Shown: positions 51,083 to 59,101 of the stretch, piece after piece
How the letters are laid out: each line of letters starts with the position of its first letter
Position numbering within the stretch: position 1 is the first letter of the stretch
Assembly: GCA_000165345.1 (NCBI GenBank)
Contig: CM000435.1
Location: 416,001-480,000 of the forward strand
Direction of reading: 5' to 3'
DNA length: 64,000 bases
The notes under the pieces: model-generated
What the model saw: only the letters and a program-made list of their open reading frames with translations
What the model was told of the DNA's origin: nothing
Database searches by the model: none
Program-made: the position numbers and the translations under genes

Positions 51083-53113
51083 ATGGTTTTGATATCATGG
51101 GAATGTGTGTGTGATCTGACACATCCTGGACAGTCTTTGTATGTGGTAGGGAGCCACCCAAGACTGGGAGCTTGGAAGATTACAACTGAGCAAGAGGAAA
51201 ATAAGCCTATTCGACTTATTACTGACAAACTTTCCTATCCAGTCTGGAGGACAAGCGAGCCTATTAGGATTCGAGGTGCATGTCTTTTAGAGTATAAGTT
51301 TATTATTAGTAAGGAAACTGAACCGTACGAGAATCTAGAGTGGGAGCCAATTCAAGGAAACCGATACTTACAAGTCGACGAGAATTTTCCAGAATATAAG
51401 TATATTATTCATTGTAGTTGGGGAAATATTTCTAAAAGCACGATAAGGTTTGAAGAATATTTCGGTAATGATGGCAAAGTTGATGATTACTCATATAGAG
51501 CAAAGCCTGGAGCAAGGTATATTTCACCGGAAAATGCAGAAATATATTCTGAGGAGGATGAAGAACCTAAAGACAGAGGTGCTTATGAAAGCTCTGTAAC
51601 ACCTCCGCTAATGTTGAGTAGGACAGGGTCCAGATTAAGACTTCTATTGGACAGATCCAGATTTATTTTGAGCACCAAAGGTGACATCAACCAATATTAT
51701 ACTTTGGAAAATACTATAGGAAGGGGTTCTTGGGGTGAGGTAAAAATAGCTGTCCAGAAAGGAACCAGAATTCGTAGGGCAGCAAAAAAGATTCCAAAGT
51801 ACTTTGTTGAAGATGTTGATCGTTTTAAACAGGAAATCGAAATTATGAAGTCTTTGGATCATCCAAACATAATTAGGCTATACGAAACTTTTGAAGATAA
51901 TACTGATATATATTTGGTTATGGAACTATGTACTGGAGGAGAGCTTTTTGAAAGAGTTGTACACAAGAGAGTTTTCAGAGAAAGCGATGCTGCAAGAATT
52001 ATGAAAGATGTTTTAAGCGCTGTAGCTTATTGCCATAAGTTAAATGTGGCTCATAGGGATTTGAAACCTGAGAATTTCCTTTTCTTGACAGATTCTCCAG
52101 ATTCTCCCTTAAAATTGATTGACTTTGGCTTGGCAGCTAGATTCAAGCCTGGAAAAATGATGAGGACAAAGGTTGGAACTCCATATTATGTGAGCCCGCA
52201 GGTTTTGGAAGGTCTTTATGGCCCAGAGTGTGATGAATGGTCAGCAGGAGTAATGATGTACGTTTTGCTTTGTGGCTACCCTCCTTTCAGTGCACCTACA
52301 GATTCTGAGGTAATGCTTAAGATCAGAGAAGGAACATTTACATTTCCAGAAAAAGACTGGCTTAATGTTTCTCCTCAGGCAGAATCTTTAATAAGGAGGC
52401 TGTTGACAAAGTCTCCAAAACAAAGAATTACTTCTTTGCAAGCATTAGAACATGAGTGGTTTGAGAAACAACTTTCTTCATCTCCAAGGAACTTATTGCT
52501 AGATAATGTAATCTCTAACTTTAGAAGGTTCCAGGGCCTTTCAAGATTAAAAAAGATTGCTTTAACATTAATAGCTCAAAACATTGATGAAAGAGATATC
52601 CTAGATTTACACGACACATTTATGGAATTGGATACAAGTAGAGATGGAACGCTGAGCAGAGCCGAGATCATTGAAGGAATTAATAGAACAGGTTGTAGTC
52701 CAACAATTGGGATCGATGCTCTTCTTGACGAAATTGATCCTGAAGGTACTGATACTATTTCTTATACAGACTTTATTGCAGCTTGCATTCAAGAGCGGCA
52801 AATGTCCCATGAAAGTGCATGCAAAGCGGCATTTAGAGTATTTGACATTGATGGAGATGGACAGATTAGTAATATAGAATTTCTCAAGGTCATGTCTCTT
52901 TCTAGTAAGGCTAAAAAATCAGACGATGAACTAGCTCAAGAACTGAGCGAATTTATGAAATCAGGAGATTTAGATAAGGATGGAACGATTAATTTCGATG
53001 AGTTCTGCCATGTGATGAGAAGAGTCCCATCCAAATTTCTCCTTGGGGAGGCTTCTGATGACACAATAAATATGATGAAAAGATGTTCCTCTAGAACTAA
53101 CATTAATTTATAG
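51083..53113 (+). CDS. Calcium-dependent protein kinase with an N-terminal CBM20 starch-binding module (TgCDPK2-type architecture): CBM20, then Ser/Thr kinase, then 4 EF-hands.
   Basis: N-terminus VLISWECVCDLTHPGQSLYVVGSHPRLGAWKITTEQEENKPIRLITD...YPVWRTSEPI...LLEYKFIISKETEPYENLEWEPIQGNRYLQV is the CBM20 pattern (GQ.L.V.G....LG.W ... EYKF ... WE.G.NR). Kinase: GRGSWGEVKIAVQK...HRDLKPENFLF...DFGLA...GTPYYVSPQVL. EF-hands: DTSRDGTLSRAEI, DPEGTDTISYTDF, DIDGDGQISNIEF, DLDKDGTINFDEF. Confidence 0.85.
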   Translation: MVLISWECVCDLTHPGQSLYVVGSHPRLGAWKITTEQEENKPIRLITDKLSYPVWRTSEPIRIRGACLLEYKFIISKETEPYENLEWEPIQGNRYLQVDENFPEYKYIIHCSWGNISKSTIRFEEYFGNDGKVDDYSYRAKPGARYISPENAEIYSEEDEEPKDRGAYESSVTPPLMLSRTGSRLRLLLDRSRFILSTKGDINQYYTLENTIGRGSWGEVKIAVQKGTRIRRAAKKIPKYFVEDVDRFKQEIEIMKSLDHPNIIRLYETFEDNTDIYLVMELCTGGELFERVVHKRVFRESDAARIMKDVLSAVAYCHKLNVAHRDLKPENFLFLTDSPDSPLKLIDFGLAARFKPGKMMRTKVGTPYYVSPQVLEGLYGPECDEWSAGVMMYVLLCGYPPFSAPTDSEVMLKIREGTFTFPEKDWLNVSPQAESLIRRLLTKSPKQRITSLQALEHEWFEKQLSSSPRNLLLDNVISNFRRFQGLSRLKKIALTLIAQNIDERDILDLHDTFMELDTSRDGTLSRAEIIEGINRTGCSPTIGIDALLDEIDPEGTDTISYTDFIAACIQERQMSHESACKAAFRVFDIDGDGQISNIEFLKVMSLSSKAKKSDDELAQELSEFMKSGDLDKDGTINFDEFCHVMRRVPSKFLLGEASDDTINMMKRCSSRTNINL

Positions 53114-53257
53114 TCTACTTTTTAGTATTAACTAATACTATTACGGGCTACTAAGTAGAAAAGGACTAGGAGGCCTTAGTTTTGATGGTTATATTTGGTG
53201 CATTATTTCTATGTGTATTCATTAATTGTATATAATTAAAGTTTACTTAACTCAGAA

Positions 53258-56200
53258 TTAGGCATTTTCCAGGATATTTTCATCTCCTGCACCTTCTTCT
53301 GCCTTTTCTCTGTCTCTATGAACGGAGGTTTTGCTTTTAACATCAGAAGAATAGTTACCCGGTATAATTGAGACAGATTTAGTAATGTCAAATGTTTTGT
53401 AAATCCCGACGAGCCTATCAGCCATTTCGAACATATGGTTTCTGAGAGAAACAACGATAAACTGAGCATTCTTGGTTTTCTCTTTAATGAATGTTGCGAT
53501 AATACTAACATTTCTAAAGTCCAGGGCTGCATCTACCTCGTCCATAAAATAGAGTGGCGACGGCCTAAATTGGTGTAGGGCAAATACTAGGGCAAGGGAA
53601 CTTAGGGTTTTTTCTCCTCCAGAAAGGTTATGAATGGGTCTCCAACTCTTTTTTGGTGGCCTTACTGAGAAAATTATACCGTCAGAAAATGGATCCACAC
53701 TATCAATCAATTCCAATTCAGCATCTCCACCAAGGGTAATCATCTGGTAAATTTCCTTAAGTTGAGATGCAATAATTTTGAAGCCAGAAATAAACTCAGA
53801 ATGTCTGGCCTGCCTTACAGTTTCAAGGTGTCTCCTGCTTTCATCTCTAGCATTAGTTGCTTCTTCAACTTCTTGGTTTCTTCTATTAAAGAGTTGGAGC
53901 TGACTAGAATACTGGGAGAAGATATCTGAGGAAGGTCTGAATTGTTTTACGGAGCCTTCATTTGAATATTGCTCACAAATTGCCTGGAGCTGTGCCTGCA
54001 AAGACTCAATATGCGGCTTAAGTTTTTTAGAAGTCATATCACCAAGTATTTTCTCATATTCGGCATCCTGAACATCCTGAATAAGGAATTTGCTCTTTAA
54101 AGACTCTAATTCAGAATTTTTTTCTGGCGCTGGTTGCTCACTCTTTTCAGGTTCTATTTCCGGAATAGATGGAATACAAGATGCATCTGCTCTGACCTTT
54201 TGGAGCTTTTTTTGTAGTTGCTTTATATTTTGACTTTCAACTTCAGAGATTTTTGCAGAAATCTCATTCAGTTTGTTGGATATCTCTACATCACGGAGCT
54301 CAAGTTTTTCAATTTCCCTTTCAATCTCTTCAAATCTAGCTTGGAATGAACTGTGTTCATTTAAAAATGAGTTCAACTCCTCTTCAGCGAGTTTCTTGCT
54401 TTCCATAATCTTCAGTGCGACTTCTTCAAGTGAAACAAGCTCAGATTCTGTCTTATCAATCGCTTCCTTAAGAGCCTTGGACTTATTTTCAAACTGTTCA
54501 ATGGATTCGATGGCCTTAAGTTTCTTTTTCTCAGACAAAGTAATTTCTACCTGGCTCTTGCTGATTTCACTTTCCAGAGCTCCAATAGTTTTTGTAAGTT
54601 CCTGAACAAGTTCAGATTGTTTCTTCATTTCTGGGCCTCCAATTTCGTTCATCTCATTTGTGAGGCGATCTACAACAATTTGCTTTTGCTTCAAAGAAGC
54701 TTCTAGGGTAGAGATTTGTTTTTTCAACCCCTCAATTTCAGATTCTAATCTTGAGATTTCTGCCATAATCTCTGTCTGATTACTAGGAGATTCTTGGCCA
54801 GTTTTGGACTGAATCTCAGATCTAGACTTTTCAGTCTCTTCTATTGAAGCAAGTTCAATCTTGATTTTCTCAAGGGTAATTGTATAGCCATTAATATCAT
54901 TTTTAAGGTTTTGAACATGATCTTCCAAATCCTTGCATTCAGATTTAATTTTATTGCATTTATTTTGACAGGCCTCTAAATCTGTCTCCATTTTTTTAAG
55001 CTGCTCAGGAGTGGGAATTTCTGAAGTCTTTTCCAACTTTTTACCAGCGTGCTTTGCAACAGAAACATTAGGGCCGCCTCCTGTCATTGTTCCACTGGAG
55101 TCGATCAATTCCCCATTAATAGTTACAACTCTCCATCTTTGCTTTCCATTATAGGAAATTTTGGTTGCAATATCGAGGTCATCGACAATTAGAGTGTCCC
55201 TCATTGCAAAATACCAGGCGATCTTGAATTTAGGGTCCTTAAACTTAACAAGATCAAAGAACCTTTTTGACCCTTCTGGAGCTTTAAATGTTTTTTCCAT
55301 ATTTTGTATTAGAGTAGCAGAAAGTTTTTCCAAGATAATACACGAGATCCTGCCCAAATTTGATTTTCTCACATAATTAACAACTTCTTGTGCATCTTCA
55401 GTAGTCTGCACAACGATGTTTTCAACCTGCGGCACTGAGGAGGCCAGAGCAAGTTGGAATTTGTCATCCACCTGACCCAAATCCCCCAGTCTTCCGTGTA
55501 CTCCACTTTTTTTATTTGCAGAAAAATATTTCATAACAGTTTCTGATAATGACATCTTGGGACCTTTTTGCTTTGATTCAGAAACAACCTTAGTTTCTAA
55601 GTGATTATTTGAAGCTAAAAGGCTTCTTGCTTCATCTAACTCGACCTTTTTTATACCTAGAAGTCTGGTATTCTCACTTAGATCTTTCTGTAGCTGTTCA
55701 AGCTTCTTAGATTTTTCATCAAGAAGAGCCTTACTGTCCTTTAGATTCTTAGAAAAATCCTTATTTTGCTTATTTAGAGCTTGAATCCTTTTAACAGTAT
55801 TTTCTTTCTCCCTCTTACTATTTTCTTCGTTTTCCTGTTTTTGAATCTGCCTTTGTTTCAACATATCCAATTCAATATTTAACATATCATGAGATTGTTG
55901 GAGATCTAAAAGCTTCTTTTGTAGTGGCGATAGCTCCTGCTCCGCCTTATCCTTCTTCTTTCTAGACTCTTCAATCCCATCCTTAACATTCTTCTGCAAC
56001 AATTCCAGCTTCTCCTGAGCAGAGTCGAGGTCCTTCGAGATCTTTGGGAGTTGCTTTTGTTTCTTTCGAACTTCATCTTCCAAATCAACGATTTTTTGCT
56101 CTAACTCTGGTATAAGTTTTTTTTCACCTTCCGCTGATTCCTCAAGTTTCAAAAGTCTTTTTTTTGAATTCTTTAAAGTGGCTCTCAGTTCCTCATCCTT

Positions 56201-57211
56201 CAGTAATATATTCTTAAACTCATTTTCCTCCTTCTCTAACTTAACCTTTAATTCGTTAACTCTGGAATTAGTCTCTTTGTTCTCAACTTCAAGCTCAGCT
56301 CGCCTATCTTCTAAGGCTTTCTTTTGGTGAGCTAGCTCTCCTCTAATATCCAAGTGTTTGTTTTGCTCATCTTTCAACGCATTCAAGTGTTTTATAGCAT
56401 CTCTTTGTTCCTCCAAATGAAGTAATAGCTTGGCAATGTAAATTTCTCTCTCAAGAGTAAAGAATTCAATAGCCATATTATAAGGACCTTTCAGAGTATT
56501 AAGCTCCTTCTCTGCGATTTTAAGTCTATTCAACTTTTCTTGACGAAGTTCATTAAACTGTTCAAGTTCCATTAAATGCTTTTCTATATCAGGAATAAAT
56601 CTGCTACTCCCTATAATATCCTCAATATATTCAAGCAAGCCATCCTCGTTGGCATTTGTAGATTTTGGCTTCATCTGAGCAATTAATTCAACCTCTCCTT
56701 GAAGGATTAGAAACCTATTATGCTCCAAGTCAGTCCCTTTTCCACTTAATAACTTAGTGACTTCCTGATAACTTGAAAGCTTTTCATTAATATAGTATTT
56801 TGTTTGCTCACTATTTTTATGTACCTCTCTCTTTATCACAATCTCAGAATTAGGAACGACTTTGTAGGCATGCTCATCTCCAGGTACATCTATAATTTCT
56901 TTAAAATGCACTGCAACACTTGCCTTTTCATTGTTTGGGTAATGCTTGGAGTTATGAATCAGTTCAGAAACTTTATTCAAGCGCATATGCTTTGCTCTTT
57001 TCCCAAACACAAATAGCATTGCATCTATTACATTACTTTTACCACTTCCATTTGGCCCCACAATCGCAGTAAACGACTTGTGAAATGGTCCAATAACCTT
57101 GCTGCCTCCATAAGATTTAAAATTTTCCAGAACTATCTTATGGATAATCAAGCGTGGTTTTTCTTGCTCTCCTCCAACGGATTTTGACTCGTCACTTTCT
57201 ATGTTCTCCAT
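53258..57211 (-). CDS. SMC4: Structural maintenance of chromosomes protein 4 (condensin SMC4).
   Basis: Walker A FTAIVGPNGSGKSNVIDAMLFVFGKRAKHMRLNKVSELIHNS (SMC4-type, not SMC2). Long coiled coils. Hinge (GRLGDLGQVDDKFQLALA...). C-terminal signature LSGGEKTLSSLALVFALH and Walker B/D-loop YFMDEVDAALD. The ORF track start at 57346 reads through the GGCGGGAAAA box at 57308; the ATG at 57211 (MENIESDESKS) is preferred. Confidence 0.8.
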   Translation of the reverse strand: MENIESDESKSVGGEQEKPRLIIHKIVLENFKSYGGSKVIGPFHKSFTAIVGPNGSGKSNVIDAMLFVFGKRAKHMRLNKVSELIHNSKHYPNNEKASVAVHFKEIIDVPGDEHAYKVVPNSEIVIKREVHKNSEQTKYYINEKLSSYQEVTKLLSGKGTDLEHNRFLILQGEVELIAQMKPKSTNANEDGLLEYIEDIIGSSRFIPDIEKHLMELEQFNELRQEKLNRLKIAEKELNTLKGPYNMAIEFFTLEREIYIAKLLLHLEEQRDAIKHLNALKDEQNKHLDIRGELAHQKKALEDRRAELEVENKETNSRVNELKVKLEKEENEFKNILLKDEELRATLKNSKKRLLKLEESAEGEKKLIPELEQKIVDLEDEVRKKQKQLPKISKDLDSAQEKLELLQKNVKDGIEESRKKKDKAEQELSPLQKKLLDLQQSHDMLNIELDMLKQRQIQKQENEENSKREKENTVKRIQALNKQNKDFSKNLKDSKALLDEKSKKLEQLQKDLSENTRLLGIKKVELDEARSLLASNNHLETKVVSESKQKGPKMSLSETVMKYFSANKKSGVHGRLGDLGQVDDKFQLALASSVPQVENIVVQTTEDAQEVVNYVRKSNLGRISCIILEKLSATLIQNMEKTFKAPEGSKRFFDLVKFKDPKFKIAWYFAMRDTLIVDDLDIATKISYNGKQRWRVVTINGELIDSSGTMTGGGPNVSVAKHAGKKLEKTSEIPTPEQLKKMETDLEACQNKCNKIKSECKDLEDHVQNLKNDINGYTITLEKIKIELASIEETEKSRSEIQSKTGQESPSNQTEIMAEISRLESEIEGLKKQISTLEASLKQKQIVVDRLTNEMNEIGGPEMKKQSELVQELTKTIGALESEISKSQVEITLSEKKKLKAIESIEQFENKSKALKEAIDKTESELVSLEEVALKIMESKKLAEEELNSFLNEHSSFQARFEEIEREIEKLELRDVEISNKLNEISAKISEVESQNIKQLQKKLQKVRADASCIPSIPEIEPEKSEQPAPEKNSELESLKSKFLIQDVQDAEYEKILGDMTSKKLKPHIESLQAQLQAICEQYSNEGSVKQFRPSSDIFSQYSSQLQLFNRRNQEVEEATNARDESRRHLETVRQARHSEFISGFKIIASQLKEIYQMITLGGDAELELIDSVDPFSDGIIFSVRPPKKSWRPIHNLSGGEKTLSSLALVFALHQFRPSPLYFMDEVDAALDFRNVSIIATFIKEKTKNAQFIVVSLRNHMFEMADRLVGIYKTFDITKSVSIIPGNYSSDVKSKTSVHRDREKAEEGAGDENILENA

Positions 57212-57307
57212 GTAATAAAAACATTTCAAACTCCCTTGAAGTCTATTTACTTTATTCAACCTCTTTTCTCCCAACTTTATCTGTTTACAATTGTGTGGGG
57301 GAATATT

Positions 57308-57317
57308 GGCGGGAAAA
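57308..57317. promoter_or_regulatory. GGCGGGAAAA E2F-like box, about 95 bp upstream of the SMC4 start codon (minus-strand gene).
   Basis: Same motif at 9986-9994 (5' of Rab7), 45467-45475 (between the COWP-like gene and ALG1), 61838-61845 (between the KH gene and NDH2) and 961-969 (TTTCCCGCG, 5' of SRP54). All are intergenic. Confidence 0.35.
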
Positions 57318-57460
57318 CATGCATAATGGGGAGCAACTGCAGGCAATAAAAGCCGGTACTAATGAAAAAGGCAGGTAATAAGAAAAAAAAATGAGGCATG
57401 TAAATTACACATATAATATAAGCTACCCAGCTACCTGGATCCTTTAGTAAAAATGTAATG

Positions 57461-58072
57461 CTAAACTAGGTATTTAACCTGGAAGTAAGATTTGATATAG
57501 TAAACTTGAATGGCTACCAATCCGAAGGATAATAAGAGTTCAAGAATACTCCATATAGCGGCCTTCTTTCTAGATGATTCTATTGCTTCCATTTGGAACC
57601 TTTTTCTTGTAAGGGCATATCTCTGTTTCTCAGAAGCAACTGTAATTCTTTCGTATAGCTTCTCCATAGATTCAATTAGCTTTTTTGATTCAATATTGCT
57701 CATAACATTGTTAATATTGGAATTATATGCCATATTCTTTATGCTGAAATTCACTGTTTGTTGCACCGAATTCATTAGATTCTTAAAGCAAAGTTGATAT
57801 TCTGTGTCTTTTGGGGCATTAATACTAAAGTCTCCACTATTTTCAATTTTGTCAAGAATCTTTGAAGACTCTTTATTTTCAAATAGAGAAACTCTAACGC
57901 CCTCATATGCTGAATCTATCTCAAATGATCCAACAATATGGTCTGCTTTCTTTGCATGAAAATGAATGCACTCCGTATAGCCTGGATTTAAAATGAAGTA
58001 GAGGGCATCTGTATTAAAAGGGAATAAAGCAATAAAGACGATTACAACAAAATATATAGGCTCAATTTTCAT
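57461..58072 (-). CDS. p24/emp24 (TMED, GOLD-domain) cargo receptor.
   Basis: Signal peptide; GOLD-domain pattern LYFILNPGYTECIHFHAKKADHIVGSFEI...YQLCFKN; luminal coiled coil; single C-terminal TM with the short cytosolic tail ...YYIKSYFQVKYLV typical of p24 proteins. Confidence 0.75.
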   Translation of the reverse strand: MKIEPIYFVVIVFIALFPFNTDALYFILNPGYTECIHFHAKKADHIVGSFEIDSAYEGVRVSLFENKESSKILDKIENSGDFSINAPKDTEYQLCFKNLMNSVQQTVNFSIKNMAYNSNINNVMSNIESKKLIESMEKLYERITVASEKQRYALTRKRFQMEAIESSRKKAAIWSILELLLSFGLVAIQVYYIKSYFQVKYLV

Positions 58073-58448
58073 AGGTATCTATACAAGTAACTAAATTTGA
58101 AAATCTTGTTAATTACTTATTCGCCTATATTTTTTTAATTTACCACTACTTTTTTTTTAATAATATTTTATTTTTTTCGGGTACTTATTGGCATGGTATT
58201 CTCAACTACACACATAAAACTCTTAATTTTATACTTTTTTTTTCCTTTACGTTACCCGCAAAACGAGACAAGATCACAAAAAAATAAAAATGTCAGGCGG
58301 CCATCAACTTTTATTCAGCGGCAACATATTTGGACCAATTCAGTGCGCGGCAATTTCTCGAGACGTAGTAAATTAAAGAATCAAGGTTCAAAAGTTTTGA
58401 ATTTTTCCAATTATAACAAAAAATTCTTGATTCATATAATTAGGGAAA

Positions 58449-58829
58449 ATGGTAAGTTTTATGAAGTTAGATCGTTCCCTTTTAATGGTTCTGATGACAT
58501 TTAATCTTTTTTTAGGTTAACATTCCAAAGCTTAGAAATACTTTCTGCAAGGGATCAGACTGTCGCAAACATACTCCTCACAAGGTATCTCAATATAAGA
58601 GAGGAAAGGAGTCACCAAGAGCTCAAGGTAGAAGACGTTATGACCAGAAACAAAAGGGTTATGGTGGTCAAACTAAGCCAAAGCTTAGAAAGACAGCCAA
58701 AACTACAAAAAAGATCGTCTTGAGATTGGAGTGTACCAAATGCAAGCAGAGACGCTTTCTTGCTATCAAGAGATGCAAACACTTCCAATTAGGTGGTGAC
58801 AAGAAGAGAAAGGGAGGTCCAGTGTACTA
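58449..58829 (+). CDS. RPL44: 60S ribosomal protein L44e (L36a/L42). join(58449..58451,58515..58829); the first exon is the ATG codon alone.
   Basis: aaaATG|GTAAGT at 58449-58457, with the acceptor ttttttAG at 58513-14. Exon 2 [104 protein letters not shown] is collinear with eukaryotic L36a ([54 protein letters not shown]...KKIVLRLEC...[17 protein letters not shown]). Confidence 0.75.
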
Positions 58830-59101
58830 AACACTTTAGTATATTAGAAATTCTTTATTAGTCGGATGCTTTTGAATCTGACCCATAGTTTTAAGATAAT
58901 AGGTCCCTTCTAATCTTTTGTATTTCTAAGGACTCGGTTTCTGTTCATAAGTAACTAACGTATTCTACCCTAATCATATTTATATTCAGCTTTAAGGGGG
59001 GAACTCAGTACAGAGACAACTTAGGTGAACTTAAAGAAGTTAATTTATTGTGACAAAATGCTAACAAACCAAAACATTGTTAATATTCAGAAAACTAACA
59101 G

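Noticed and set aside
57212-57346. 45-codon N-terminal extension of the SMC4 ORF (MPAVAPHYACFPANIPPHNC...).
   Set aside because: It reads through the GGCGGGAAAA promoter box at 57308 and has non-protein-like composition. The conserved SMC4 N-terminus begins after the ATG at 57211.
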